Source of the DNA: Terriglobia bacterium
GTDB lineage: Bacteria > Acidobacteriota > Terriglobia > 20CM-2-55-15
Direction of reading: 5' to 3'
Assembly: GCA_965218585.1 (NCBI GenBank)
Contig: CBDCLE010000004.1
Coordinates: forward strand, 1 to 64,000
Length of the DNA: 64,000 nucleotides
Part shown: positions 9,397-21,277 of the stretch, in pieces
Layout: each line of letters opens with the position of its first letter
How positions within the stretch are numbered: the first letter of the stretch is position 1
Position numbers and translations under genes: made by a program
Notes under the pieces: model-generated
The model's database searches: none
What the model was told of the DNA's origin: nothing
The model's input: only the letters and a program-made list of their open reading frames with translations

Positions 9397-10476
9397 GTGA
9401 CAATTACAGATCGGATTTTCAATTTCTCGGCCGGTCCGGCCACACTTCCATTGCCTGTACTCGAAGAGGCTCAACGGGACCTGATTTCGCTTCCCGGTCT
9501 CGGGATGTCCGTCATGGAGATCAGTCACCGATCGAAGACCTTCGAGAACATCCTAAATACGGCTATCGAGGACATTCGGGATCTGGCGGGGGTCCCTTCC
9601 AATTTTAGGATTCTGATGTTGCAGGGCGGCGCAAGCCTGCAGTTCTCGATGGTGCCGATGAACCTGCTTCCTTCCGGAGCGACGGCCGACTACGTCGACA
9701 CAGGTTATTTTGCGAAGAAGGCCATCAAAGAAGCCCAACGAGTGGGCTCGGTCAACATAGCCGGCCAGAATCTCTCCCGAATCCCGAGCGAAAACGAGCT
9801 AAACCTGACACCCGATGCGGCTTACGTGCACATCACAAACAACAACACGATCGAAGGCACCGAATGGAAGACGCTTCCGGAGTTCGGCCGAGTACCACTT
9901 ATAAACGACGCATCTTCTGACATATTCAGCCGGCCGATCGATATCGAACGACACGGGTTGATCTATGCCGGTGCACAGAAAAATCTCGGCCCCTCCGGAT
10001 TGGCGCTCGTGATCGTCCGCGAAGATCTGCTCGAACGAGGGCCCGACACGCTGGCATCGATGCTCAATTACCGGACCTTCGCCGAGACCAACTCGCTTTA
10101 CAACACGCCCAATACCTTCGCTGTCTACATACTCGGATTGACGGTGAAGTGGCTGAGGTCGTTGGGCGGCCTATCTGCCATCGCCAAGAGGAACGAACAA
10201 AAAGCGGCAAAGCTATACACCGAGATCGATCGTACCGGCTTCTATCAGGGAAATGCCGAACCCGAAAGCCGGTCTCTTATGAACGTGACGTTCGGTCTAC
10301 CGACTGAGGAACTCGATAAGGCATTCATCGAGGAAGCGAAGAAGTCAGGACTCGATGGCCTCAAAGGGCATCGATCGATTGGAGGCATACGGGCTTCGAT
10401 CTACAATGCCTTCCCGGAGGAAGGCGTCGATCGCCTCGTCGAATTCATGGGGGAATTCGAGAAGACGCGGAGTTAA
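9397..10476 (+). CDS. serC: Phosphoserine aminotransferase
   Basis: FNFSAGPA, MEISHRS, QGGASLQF, GAQKNLGPSG, GHRSIGGIRASIYNA. Confidence 0.97.
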   Translation: MTITDRIFNFSAGPATLPLPVLEEAQRDLISLPGLGMSVMEISHRSKTFENILNTAIEDIRDLAGVPSNFRILMLQGGASLQFSMVPMNLLPSGATADYVDTGYFAKKAIKEAQRVGSVNIAGQNLSRIPSENELNLTPDAAYVHITNNNTIEGTEWKTLPEFGRVPLINDASSDIFSRPIDIERHGLIYAGAQKNLGPSGLALVIVREDLLERGPDTLASMLNYRTFAETNSLYNTPNTFAVYILGLTVKWLRSLGGLSAIAKRNEQKAAKLYTEIDRTGFYQGNAEPESRSLMNVTFGLPTEELDKAFIEEAKKSGLDGLKGHRSIGGIRASIYNAFPEEGVDRLVEFMGEFEKTRS

Positions 10477-10512
10477 GCAAGGCCTCTGGAACTGAACCGA
10501 GGAGAATTCACT

Positions 10513-11262
10513 ATGAACTTTCTCAGAACGACACTGAAACGGCTGTTCGCGAGTGGAATCGCGCTGACGGCAGTCCTGATCGCGGCGTGTTCCTCCACGG
10601 ACGGAGCCACCGTGAGTACTCTGGAAGAAAGCGGTACGTTCGGCGGAATGCGCGTCAACTATCGTGTCGTTCTCCCGGACGGATACGATCGGGCCCGGGC
10701 ATACCCAGCCATCCTTGCCTTTACTGGCGGCTCCCAGAACGAGCGAGCGGTCGATACACACCTGGAACGCTTCTGGACGGTGGAGGCGGAACAACGCGGT
10801 CACATAGTGGTCTCGCCGGCCGCACCCTCCGAGGGCCTGTACTTCCAGCGCGGCGCCGGTGTCTTTCCAGAATTCCTGGACGAAATCCTCGGCACTTACA
10901 ATATCGAGGACGGCAAATTCCACGTAGCAGGCGCTTCGAACGGAGGACTGAGCGCGTTCCATGTCGCTGCTGCCCATCCCGAGTATTTCAAGTCGATCAC
11001 CGGATTTCCCGGATATATGCCTCAGGCAAGTACCGCAAGGATTGAAGCTATACGCCCCCGGTGCATCTACATGCATGTCGGGGAACGGGATCCCTTCTGG
11101 CTCCGTTCCATGGAAAGCCAGGCCGAACAGTTCGAACGGAATGGGCTTCAGGTAAGATTTCAGGTCGAAGCAGATCAGGAACATTTCATCCGGAGTCTGT
11201 CGGGTTCAGGGGCTGCTCGCCTGTTCGATCAAATCGAGGCAACGGAGGAGGGTTGCAGCTGA
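10513..11262 (+). CDS. Lipoprotein alpha/beta-hydrolase (esterase-like)
   Basis: Lipobox IAAC; GASNGG nucleophile elbow; GERD and terminal H. Confidence 0.75.
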   Translation: MNFLRTTLKRLFASGIALTAVLIAACSSTDGATVSTLEESGTFGGMRVNYRVVLPDGYDRARAYPAILAFTGGSQNERAVDTHLERFWTVEAEQRGHIVVSPAAPSEGLYFQRGAGVFPEFLDEILGTYNIEDGKFHVAGASNGGLSAFHVAAAHPEYFKSITGFPGYMPQASTARIEAIRPRCIYMHVGERDPFWLRSMESQAEQFERNGLQVRFQVEADQEHFIRSLSGSGAARLFDQIEATEEGCS

Positions 11263-11306
11263 AACCAGTTTCGACAGGCCACGGTTTCACGAGGCGGCTC
11301 ACGTTC

Positions 11307-13463
11307 ATGATATTGGCTGGGCTCGCCCTCTCTAACTCAGCGACTTCGCAAACGCCGCAGGCCGTCGTGGACTTCGACACGGCCTACCTCGACAAACTCG
11401 TCAATGCCGCCCGAATAACCGATGAAATCACGCTGGACGGTCTCCTCGATGAAGCCGCCTGGGAACTGGTAGAACCCGCGACGGATTTCATCCAGCGCTT
11501 CCCGAACACAGGACAGATCGCCGAGGAGCGCACCGAGGTCCGATTCCTCTACGACGACGAAAACATCTACATTTCGTTCGTCTGCTTCGATTCAGAAATC
11601 GGCCGGGCGGTTGTCACCCAACTGACCGAAGATTTCAATTTTCGCGGATCTGACAGCGTCAGTCTGATCTTCGACAGCCTTCACGACCAACGCTCGGGTT
11701 TCTCTTTCGTCGTAAACGTCGCCGGCGCGCGAGCCGATCAGCAGATCGTCAACAGCGGATTCAATACCGATTGGGACGGCGTCTGGGATGCGCAGACAAG
11801 TCAGAACGAAGAGGGCTGGATCGCAGAACTCAGAATTCCCTTCAGGACACTCCGGTTCTCGAGCGACCCGACCCAGGTGTGGGGTGTCAACATGAGCCGG
11901 CGGCTGCTGCGTTTGAACGAAGAGAGCTACTGGGCACCGATTCCGGTTCGATACAACCTTGCACGCGTGTCGCTGGCCGGAACGCTCGAGGGCTTGGAAG
12001 GCATCAGCCAGGGAAGAAACCTCAAGGTCACACCCTTCGTCACAGCGGGTGTCGTCCAGAGCCGCCCGCGGGCCGAACCGCCGGGAGATTTTTCGACAGA
12101 CAAGGACTTCGACGGGGGCGTGGATCTCAAGTACAGCGTCACGCCGTCTTTGACGCTCGACGCCACCTACCGCACCGATTTCGCACAGGTCGAAGTCGAC
12201 CGGCAGCAGGTAAACCTGACGCGCTTCAACCTGTTCTTCCCGGAGAAGCGGGATTTTTTCCTGGAGAACGCAGCAACCTTCTCTTTCGGAGGTGGCAACA
12301 ACATCGTCCCTTTCTTCAGCCGCCGGATTGGTCTCAGCCGTTCGGGAACGCCGATACCGATTGTCGGCGGTGTCCGTCTGACCGGGCGCATCGACCAATT
12401 CGACATCGGTTTCATCAACATGAAAACCAAGAGTGAGGCAGCGACGCCGTCGAATAATTTCACCGTGGGTCGGCTGAAACGAAACCTTTTGACTAATTCC
12501 TGGGTGGGGGGGCTCTTCACAAGTCGCGATTCCACCGTTGACGGCGATTACAACCGCGTGTACGGCGCTGACGTACACCTGGAATTCAACAGCCGGTTGT
12601 TTTTAGACTCTTTCCTGCTTCGAAGCGACACTCCGGGACTTACGGAAAAGGACCAGGCCTGGCAGTTTCAAACGGCCTGGCGGGACGACGAGCTGACTAT
12701 CAGCGGCGGTTACAACGAGGTCCAGACGAACTTCAATCCGGAGGTCGGGTTCGTCCGTCGACGGAACAACACGAATTTCTTCGGCAATGTCTCCTGGACA
12801 CCAAGGCTGGAATCAAACGCGACGATTCGGAACTTTGGCTTTTTGGCCAACACGCAATATTTTGAGAACGGATCCACTGGCAAAGTCGAAACCCGCGAAC
12901 AGTTCGCCCAAATCGGAATTCAGTTCGAAAACACAGCCTCGATCAACGTCGGACTGAATCAAACGTTCGATCGACTGACCCGAGTCTTTCAGATCAGGCC
13001 CGACATCGCGATCCCAGCTGGTGACTACACCTACCAGGGCTACTGGGCCAACTTTCGGACGGACTCGAGTGACAAGGTGAGCGGCAATGCAGAAGTCGAG
13101 TGGGGCGAGTTCTGGAACGGTCGGAAGACGTCGTTCAGAGTGGGCCTGAGCCTGAAACCGAACTACCGCCTGAACGTCGATTTCGATTACAGCCACAATC
13201 GGATCAAGCTGCCCGACGGACGGTTCACCACAGACCTGGTCGGACTCCAGGTCCTTTACGCATTCAACTCCAACGCCTTTCTCAACGGGCTTTTCCAGTA
13301 CAACGCCGACAGACGCCAGGTGAGCTCCAACATCCGATTCAACGTCATTCACCACCCACTGAGTGATTTTTTCCTCGTCTACAACGACCTGCGTGACTCT
13401 CAGACCGGACAGGTTCTAGAACGGGCTGTCATTCTGAAACTGACCAACCTCTTCAACTTCTAG
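11307..13463 (+). CDS. CBM9-like/DUF5916 outer-membrane protein (start uncertain)
   Basis: LDGLLDEAAW, DWDGVW, AELRIPFRTLRF, TDFAQVEVD..NLTRF.LFFPEKRDFFLE, FFSRRIG; C-terminal F. Confidence 0.85.
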   Translation: MILAGLALSNSATSQTPQAVVDFDTAYLDKLVNAARITDEITLDGLLDEAAWELVEPATDFIQRFPNTGQIAEERTEVRFLYDDENIYISFVCFDSEIGRAVVTQLTEDFNFRGSDSVSLIFDSLHDQRSGFSFVVNVAGARADQQIVNSGFNTDWDGVWDAQTSQNEEGWIAELRIPFRTLRFSSDPTQVWGVNMSRRLLRLNEESYWAPIPVRYNLARVSLAGTLEGLEGISQGRNLKVTPFVTAGVVQSRPRAEPPGDFSTDKDFDGGVDLKYSVTPSLTLDATYRTDFAQVEVDRQQVNLTRFNLFFPEKRDFFLENAATFSFGGGNNIVPFFSRRIGLSRSGTPIPIVGGVRLTGRIDQFDIGFINMKTKSEAATPSNNFTVGRLKRNLLTNSWVGGLFTSRDSTVDGDYNRVYGADVHLEFNSRLFLDSFLLRSDTPGLTEKDQAWQFQTAWRDDELTISGGYNEVQTNFNPEVGFVRRRNNTNFFGNVSWTPRLESNATIRNFGFLANTQYFENGSTGKVETREQFAQIGIQFENTASINVGLNQTFDRLTRVFQIRPDIAIPAGDYTYQGYWANFRTDSSDKVSGNAEVEWGEFWNGRKTSFRVGLSLKPNYRLNVDFDYSHNRIKLPDGRFTTDLVGLQVLYAFNSNAFLNGLFQYNADRRQVSSNIRFNVIHHPLSDFFLVYNDLRDSQTGQVLERAVILKLTNLFNF

Positions 13464-13593
13464 ATGGGATCGATGCAGCGGGTTTTTGTGTTGCGAAGTC
13501 CAAAACGATCCAGTTAGAGTGTGGCAGCCAGCTCGCCGCGCTCTGCTCCCGCAACCCGGACAACATTCCATACGGATGGTGCTGCCAGAAACG

Positions 13594-14824
<1,231 letters not shown>

Positions 14825-14877
14825 AGACTCGATTAGAGAAGGCCCGAAGCGAGGACGTTGGAGAGTCTCTTTGACGG

Positions 14878-15882
14878 GTGTGGACTACAGAAGCGGCGCT
14901 CCTGGAAGGGTTCTCGAAATCCGCACTAATGACTTTGCCAGCGTTCGATATGCGTGATATAGACTCGATTGCAAGCCCCCCAGGGGAGCTTAATGACCCA
15001 ATAGTCAGAATGCGGAAACTGATCACAACGAGGGCAACGAAATTGAAACCGATATACAACTTTCTGCGCCGCTCGAACATCAAGAACGCAGTTGTTCTTG
15101 GCATAGTCACCCTTTTACTAAACGGAACAGGCGCAGCCCAGGATCGAGGCCCGCTCCCCGATTGGAGCGGCGTGTGGGCCATGAACGGCGGAACTGTTTT
15201 CGACCGCGCCACGATCGAGGGCCGGGGCGGTTCGAACACGCCAGGCGTGCGGGAACACCCACCCTACAATCCGGAGTACGAAGCAAAGTATGTGCGGAAC
15301 CTGCAGCTTCGCGATGACGCCTTGTTCCCGGATCCCATATCCAATTGCGGAATCCCTTCAGGGTTCCCCCGGATCATGAATATCCCCGATGTCTACGAGT
15401 TCGCGGTGACGCCCAAGCAGGTCTGGATCATCACTGAAAACGGCCCCGGTATCCTGAGGATTTACACCGACGGCCGTGACCATCCAGCCCCCCAGGACCG
15501 GTGGCCGACTCATACCGGGGATTCGGTGGGTCACTGGGAAGGTGACACGCTGGTGTTCGACACGCTCAGTCTCCACAGTTCGGAAGAGGGACACACGATC
15601 CTCGACCGCACCGGCCTGATTCTGAGCGATGCGGCCCATATCGTGACCCGAATGCGCAAACTGGACGACGAAACCATGGAAGCCCAGATGACGATCGAGG
15701 ACTCGAAAGCCCTGACCACACCCTGGGTGGTGACCAAGACATATCGGAAACTGGAAGACGGAACCCGGGTCTACGATTATGCGTGTAATGAGAACAACAG
15801 GAATCCTGTGGACACTATTTCTGGAAGAACTCTGACTCTGGGGCCGGACGGCGAGATTCTGGACCAGGATTTTGAACCGTAG
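14878..15882 (+). CDS. Secreted hypothetical protein, 'PDWSGVW' family (true start probably downstream)
   Basis: Hydrophobic signal-like stretch; PDWSGVW, C..P.G.PR, RIYTDGR.H, G.S.G.WEGDTLV, DYAC.ENN; paralogs at 21278 and 50327. Confidence 0.8.
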   Translation: MWTTEAALLEGFSKSALMTLPAFDMRDIDSIASPPGELNDPIVRMRKLITTRATKLKPIYNFLRRSNIKNAVVLGIVTLLLNGTGAAQDRGPLPDWSGVWAMNGGTVFDRATIEGRGGSNTPGVREHPPYNPEYEAKYVRNLQLRDDALFPDPISNCGIPSGFPRIMNIPDVYEFAVTPKQVWIITENGPGILRIYTDGRDHPAPQDRWPTHTGDSVGHWEGDTLVFDTLSLHSSEEGHTILDRTGLILSDAAHIVTRMRKLDDETMEAQMTIEDSKALTTPWVVTKTYRKLEDGTRVYDYACNENNRNPVDTISGRTLTLGPDGEILDQDFEP

Positions 15883-15928
15883 GCGATACTCCGAGACAAA
15901 GAATGTTTTAATAGTCGGAGGCAAGATC

Positions 15929-16321
15929 ATGAAATCGAGGCATACCATTTTCGCAGTTGTTGTGCTCCTGGTTACGGGCCTGTATCTGATCACCCAACCC
16001 GTAGCTGCCCACCACTCGGGCGCAGCTTTTGATCGCAGCCAGGTCCTTGAGTTCCGAGGCACCATCAAGGAATTTCAGTTTACGAACCCTCACACCTGGG
16101 TACAGATCTACGTTGAACAGGAAGACGGCGAAACGGTGGAATGGAGCTTTGAGTGGGGCAGTCCCAATCAGTTGGGCCGCCGCGGCATTCGTCCCTCATC
16201 GTTTCCAGTGGGCGCCCAAGTACTTGTGCGGACCAATCCCATGCACGATGGGTCCCCGGCCGGAAGCTTCGTCGGTGCGAAGTTCGAGGACGGCATGGTC
16301 ATAGGCCGCTGGGACGACTGA
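15929..16321 (+). CDS. DUF6152 family secreted protein
   Basis: Signal peptide ending VAA-HHS; G.IKEFQFTNPH and W..E.GSP motifs. Confidence 0.85.
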   Translation: MKSRHTIFAVVVLLVTGLYLITQPVAAHHSGAAFDRSQVLEFRGTIKEFQFTNPHTWVQIYVEQEDGETVEWSFEWGSPNQLGRRGIRPSSFPVGAQVLVRTNPMHDGSPAGSFVGAKFEDGMVIGRWDD

Positions 16322-16365
16322 TAGGGTTAGAACCGGGTAAGTTACTACTAGAGGAGGCCAGAGGA

Positions 16366-17535
16366 ATGGCAAAAGAGATCACACGCAGAGAGGTCCTCAA
16401 GGGAGGATTGGCAACGGCGGGGATGCTGGCAATGGGACTGGGAGAATGGACCCTGCCGGCCCTGGCCCAGGGTGACACGCTCGTCGCGTTCACGGATATT
16501 CCGGAAGACATGGTGTTTCCTTCCGGACCCGACGCAGCTGTACGTTTTCTAGACATCCGAACCATCGACGGTCAGTTCACTCCGAGAGACCAGTTCTTCG
16601 CGATACAGCACTATGGCCAACCCGAAATCGACTCGGCCGCGTATCGTCTTAAGATTTCAGGCCTGGTCGATTCCGAGACGGAGTTGTCTCTTGACGACAT
16701 TCGCTCTCGGCCCTCGATTGAAGTGCCTGCAGGTTATGAATGCTCAGGCAACAGCGGGCGAAGAATCCACGGCCTGGCTTCGAACGGCCTGTGGACAGGC
16801 GTTCGATTGCGCGACCTGCTATCCGATACGGGAATTCAGCCTGAGGGCAAGGAAGTCGTTTTCTTCGGAAATGATCGTGGTGAGGAGCAGGTCAATTTCC
16901 GGGGAACCGATTTTGCGGTCGAGCAGCAATTCGGCCGGAGCATCACGGTCGAGAACGCCATGGGAGCAGATCCGATGCTCGTGTATGCGCTCAACGGCGA
17001 GCCGCTGACGCGCCATCAGGGATTTCCCCTCCGGCTGATCATGCCGGGCTGGTACGGCGTTGCGAACGTGAAGTGGCTCGAAAACATCCACGTTCAGAAA
17101 GAACGCTACCTTGGAAAATTCCAGGCCCGATGGTACCGCTCCTTGAGGGGCGAAATGATCGACGGCGAAGTGAAATGGAAGGAAACGGAGGTGACACGAA
17201 TTCAGTTGAAGTCGGTCATCGCCCGCGTTACGCAAAGCGGCAACCGTCATGAGGTTTTCGGGTTTGTCCTGAACGACGGGACGCCACTCCGGTCCGTCGA
17301 GGTCCAGGTAGACGGCGGGCCGTGGCAACCGGCAACCCTTGAATCTTCCAACACGCAATACTCGTGGAAACTGTTTACCTACGCGTGGGAAGGCGCCACC
17401 GCGGGAGAACACACGCTGGTTTCCCGAGCAACTGATGCCAATGGATACGTCCAACCGGTAGAAGTTGATCTCGAGAGCAAGTTGACGTTCCTTGAACACA
17501 ACGCCCAGTTCCCTCGCACGGTAATGATTTCCTGA
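16366..17535 (+). CDS. Tat-exported sulfite oxidase family molybdoenzyme
   Basis: ITRREVLK; ECSGN; W.GV.L; NGEPL..HQGFPLRLIMPGWYG..NVKWL; C-terminal dimerisation domain (SRATD). Confidence 0.9.
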   Translation: MAKEITRREVLKGGLATAGMLAMGLGEWTLPALAQGDTLVAFTDIPEDMVFPSGPDAAVRFLDIRTIDGQFTPRDQFFAIQHYGQPEIDSAAYRLKISGLVDSETELSLDDIRSRPSIEVPAGYECSGNSGRRIHGLASNGLWTGVRLRDLLSDTGIQPEGKEVVFFGNDRGEEQVNFRGTDFAVEQQFGRSITVENAMGADPMLVYALNGEPLTRHQGFPLRLIMPGWYGVANVKWLENIHVQKERYLGKFQARWYRSLRGEMIDGEVKWKETEVTRIQLKSVIARVTQSGNRHEVFGFVLNDGTPLRSVEVQVDGGPWQPATLESSNTQYSWKLFTYAWEGATAGEHTLVSRATDANGYVQPVEVDLESKLTFLEHNAQFPRTVMIS

Positions 17536-17564
17536 TCTGGAAAACGAGAAGATCTTGATGAAGG

Positions 17565-17591
17565 AAGCCGCGCCTTCGGCGCGGCTTTTTT
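17565..17591 (+). terminator. Rho-independent terminator
   Basis: AAGCCGCGCC-TTC-GGCGCGGCTT hairpin followed by a T-run, between convergent genes. Confidence 0.8.
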
Positions 17592-17606
17592 CGTGCGACT
17601 TAAACC

Positions 17607-18119
17607 CTACTGCGCCCGGTGGTCTTGAATGTACTGGCGGGCAAAATCCCTCAATGCCGGGGACCTCATTCCAACTTCAGCAGCTTCGTTTTCGGCATCG
17701 GCGATACTCCAACCATCGCGGATCACGCGGCGAATCATCCAGAACGCACCCACACGGTTGGCCGAAGCACAGTGGATAAACACCGGCCGATTCTCCTCAT
17801 CGTCAGTCAGCGCGAGAAATTCTTCGACCTGTTCATCTCGAACGTCGGCTCCTGCGACGGGAATATTGAAGTAGTTCATGCCGAGTTCCCGGACGAGCGC
17901 TTCTTCGGCAGCCGCATCATGTTCGGTTGGAACTCTCAGGTTGAGGACCGTCCGAAATCCGTCTTCCTGCAGTTGGGAAAGTTGCGCCAGTGTCGGCTGC
18001 CCCGCAGTGCAGAAATCCGTATTAACGCGCAGATAATTCCGGATGTCCGATTCCTGGGAAGACCCAGTTCCGCAGAACACGAACATCCACACGATTAGAA
18101 CTGTCACTGTTCTCTTCAT
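17607..18119 (-). CDS. Secreted DUF442/PTP-like protein (putative sulfurtransferase or phosphatase)
   Basis: AGQP, VLNLR..E, Y.NIPV, PVFIHCASANR (CX5R). Confidence 0.85.
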   Translation of the reverse strand: MKRTVTVLIVWMFVFCGTGSSQESDIRNYLRVNTDFCTAGQPTLAQLSQLQEDGFRTVLNLRVPTEHDAAAEEALVRELGMNYFNIPVAGADVRDEQVEEFLALTDDEENRPVFIHCASANRVGAFWMIRRVIRDGWSIADAENEAAEVGMRSPALRDFARQYIQDHRAQ

Positions 18120-18329
18120 CTCTGACCTCCGTCAAGGTTCCGATAATACACGCTGTCCACGGAAAGTTCTTCGGAGTCGCTGGCATCCGTTCGCTGCCAG
18201 TCGCCGGCAAGGCTGTACCTGTACGTTTCACCTCCATCAGTTTCCTCGATACTGAACCTGCTGATCTGGCCACTGTCGACGGCCCGCTGGGGAATGTTCG
18301 TTCGGGCTCTCCCACGGACCCTCGTCCCG

Positions 18330-18468
18330 GTTCCATTCGACCGGTCTGGTCAAGAACTCGGCCCCCGACCCTCCCAACGGTCTGGGCGTAGCCAGTCGAA
18401 CATGCGAGAATGAGAACGGCTACAAGGACGGGGCTCCCAGAGATGATCTCCCTTGAAGCAATGCCCAT
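18330..18468 (-). pseudogene. Possible 5' stub of a secreted carboxypeptidase-regulatory-like/TonB-receptor gene
   Basis: Signal peptide followed by AQTVGRVGGRVLDQTG, after which similarity is lost. Confidence 0.4.
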
Positions 18469-18600
18469 ACTTTCAACTTAGCAGGCCGATTAAGCTGAAA
18501 CCTCGAATGTTTGCTGAAATATCCGTAAGAAAGTGGACTGTCTCCAATCCGAGTCGATCCGCAAGACCGGCGCCTCCGGAGCGCGATGGGACCAGACTAG

Positions 18601-19323
18601 TTGCCTGAATTCGAACTCTGGCAGTGGTTGCTGGGCGGTACGGCCGCCTTGATGACCGGCCTGGCCAAGAGCGGCGTCCCTGTCGCAGGCCCCTTGATCG
18701 TGCCCCTGATGGTCCTTACGTTAGGTGATGCACGTATCACGGCGGCATGGACTGTCACAATGCTCTCGGTCGGCGACATCTTCGCCGTAGCCTACTGGCA
18801 CCGGAAAGCCGACATCGGAAAACTGATCTCGCTTATACCCTGGGTCGCACTAGGCATGGCGGCAGGTGCTGCGGCACTGGTTCTTCCTGAAGCGATCTTG
18901 CGGCCTATCATCGGATGCATCATCCTGATAATGGTGGTCCTGATATTGTTCCGGAACAATGTGCGGGTTCAGGCCGTCGGTCACAGGTCGTTCTTTGGGA
19001 TCGCCGCGGGGTTCTCCACCACCATCGCCAACTACGCCGGCCCTGTAATGAACATGTACCTGTTGAGCCGGCGCCTCCCGAAAGAGATATTCGTTGCGAC
19101 CGCAGCATGGTTCTTCCTCGTCGTAAACCTGGCCAAGGTGCCGATCTATGCCTGGCACGATCTGTACAGCAGTCAGGGATTTGCCTTCAATCTGACGATG
19201 TTGCCCATCATTATTACGGGCAATGTAATCGGCATCTGGATCGTCCACCGCATTCCTCAGCGTCTCTTCGAGATCTTGATCATCGTACTGACGTTGCTGT
19301 CCTCTATCCCGTTTTTCATTTAG
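18601..19323 (+). CDS. Sulfite exporter TauE/SafE family protein
   Basis: Multi-TM; GLAKSG, G..TT.AN.AGPV, F..VNL.KVP. Confidence 0.88.
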   Translation: MPEFELWQWLLGGTAALMTGLAKSGVPVAGPLIVPLMVLTLGDARITAAWTVTMLSVGDIFAVAYWHRKADIGKLISLIPWVALGMAAGAAALVLPEAILRPIIGCIILIMVVLILFRNNVRVQAVGHRSFFGIAAGFSTTIANYAGPVMNMYLLSRRLPKEIFVATAAWFFLVVNLAKVPIYAWHDLYSSQGFAFNLTMLPIIITGNVIGIWIVHRIPQRLFEILIIVLTLLSSIPFFI

Positions 19324-19433
19324 CCGATCGCACGTCGCCCGCCTAAAGAAACATCTTTGGTAGACTTAACCGGTTAACAGCCAGAGAATTGTTGACCGAA
19401 GCTCGGGAGGCTCTCCCGGCTCAGGGGGAAACC

Positions 19434-20660
19434 ATGACAGTAGCAGAATGGTTGTTTGTCGCAGCCACAACTGTCTGTGCGTTGGCAGTGCTGCCCGGGT
19501 CCCTGGGCGTGCTCGCACTGACCAACGACCTGGCGGCAGGCACCCGTGGTGCGCGATTGATCTACGGGCGTGTCGGCATCTTTCTCATCGTATCGGCCGT
19601 CGTTTTGATCGCCGGTGTCTACCAGGCTTCATCCCGGGACGGGTTCTCAACGCTGACCATGGCGGCTACGGCAGCCTACGTCGGCGTACTCACGTTCGGA
19701 TACGTGATGCACACCAACCTGATGTTCAGGCCGATTCAAAAGCCGATGCTGGTCTCGCTGGAGGCGGCTATTCAGAAGTTTGGTCCTGACGAAGAAGTGA
19801 TTGGCATGACCGATAGGAGCGGCACACCGTTCGCATTCATCACTCGCCTTGCCCGTCGTCCACACATCGTGCACCAGCCCGATGGGGAAACGCCATTCGT
19901 CATGACGCACTGCATCCTCTCGCACAGTTCTATGGGCTACGCGGCCGAGGGAAGTTTCAGCCAGCCGCAATTTTCTGTAGCGGCGGCTCTGGCGAATAAT
20001 CTGGTTGTTTATGACCAGAAAAACGACCGCGCGATCAGCCAGATTGAGAGCAAGTCATGGGATGGTGAACTCTCCCCGGTCACGCTGCCGACCGTGGCTA
20101 CCAGTTTGAAATCCTGGCAGACGCTCTATCCGGAATCCAAAGTCTGGATGCGTCCGTTCACCTGGCGCGACGCCTTCTTTCTCAAGGCCCTCTCGCGGGG
20201 AGAGATGATCGACCCCGCAAGCCCCAAGCTGGTCTATCCCCTGCGGCGCCCCAATGATGACCGCTTAGGGCTGAAGTCGCTGGTCGTCGGAGTGAGAGTC
20301 GGAAAAGCGGCCAGGGCGTATCCGGTGCCCATGTTCAACGAACGCCAAATCATCAACGACGTCATCGGCGGTAAAGCCATACTGGTGGCTTCCGCCTTTA
20401 AGGGAAACTACATTCAGGTTTTCGACCGGAAGCTGGAGGGAACTACGCTGACATTCAAGGGTGCAGATGGTGGCGAAGGGTTCGTGGACGAGGAGACCGG
20501 CTCGAGGTTTTCGCCCAACGGACACTGTGTCTCAGGCACTTACCAGGGCCGTCACCTGGAGGCGATCCCCCATTTCAACAAGATCTTCTGGTTCCCATGG
20601 GCCGATTACTTCCCGGAAACGGAAGTCTATTCGGCCGAGGCCAGGGCCAAGAGCGCGTAG
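19434..20660 (+). CDS. Membrane-anchored DUF3179-domain protein
   Basis: Three TMs; THCILS, NNLVVYD, W..LYP.SKV, RAYP, D.ETGS, FWFPW..YFPET. Confidence 0.75.
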   Translation: MTVAEWLFVAATTVCALAVLPGSLGVLALTNDLAAGTRGARLIYGRVGIFLIVSAVVLIAGVYQASSRDGFSTLTMAATAAYVGVLTFGYVMHTNLMFRPIQKPMLVSLEAAIQKFGPDEEVIGMTDRSGTPFAFITRLARRPHIVHQPDGETPFVMTHCILSHSSMGYAAEGSFSQPQFSVAAALANNLVVYDQKNDRAISQIESKSWDGELSPVTLPTVATSLKSWQTLYPESKVWMRPFTWRDAFFLKALSRGEMIDPASPKLVYPLRRPNDDRLGLKSLVVGVRVGKAARAYPVPMFNERQIINDVIGGKAILVASAFKGNYIQVFDRKLEGTTLTFKGADGGEGFVDEETGSRFSPNGHCVSGTYQGRHLEAIPHFNKIFWFPWADYFPETEVYSAEARAKSA

Positions 20661-20667
20661 ATACCTC

Positions 20668-21078
20668 CTATCCTGCCGGTATCCCCCCGCCACCACCGAA
20701 CCAGACCTCGTTACCATCTTCGAAGATGATTCTGCCCGCAGCCAGAGCCTTTGCGCCCTCTCTCCGGGACGGGTTCCCGTCAACGGTGATCGTTACACCC
20801 AGCGGCACGGTGTCTATGGTCCAGCCCGCACGGAGTATGCCGGTGCCCGTGGCGCGTCCGGTAATGGTCCATGTCTCCACCGCGCCGTTCTCGGTGGTCA
20901 CTTCGATCACCAGTTCCGGATGCGGGTTGACGAGCTTGAGCGATTTTACGACGCCGGTGATCATGACCATCTGGTCCATACGCCAGAAATTCGTAAACGA
21001 GTGGTGCGCGGCCAGAGGCATGGTCAAGACAAGCGCCAGGACCACGCCGACCAGAAAACCAGAACTCATAATTCTCAA
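20668..21078 (-). CDS. DUF6152 family secreted protein
   Basis: Signal peptide ending LAA-HHS; LVNPH; TTG start after GGGGGA. Confidence 0.85.
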   Translation of the reverse strand: MRIMSSGFLVGVVLALVLTMPLAAHHSFTNFWRMDQMVMITGVVKSLKLVNPHPELVIEVTTENGAVETWTITGRATGTGILRAGWTIDTVPLGVTITVDGNPSRREGAKALAAGRIIFEDGNEVWFGGGGGIPAG

Positions 21079-21277
21079 TGTTCTTTCCCCCTAGTTTCGT
21101 ATGGCCATTCCTATCCCTTATTCGGACGCCTGTCAAGAAGACAATACATCCCATACTTTCAACACAACCCGCCTTCTTGACAGTCCGGGTCACAGGGGGT
21201 ATACACCACCCAAGCACGCGCAATCCAAAGAAACCAAATCGAAAACAACGTCGCCGAGTTCAAGAGGGAGAACGAAC

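Noticed and set aside
19434-20660. Selenoprotein recoding in DUF3179
   Set aside because: No in-frame TGA; the motif is encoded as Cys.
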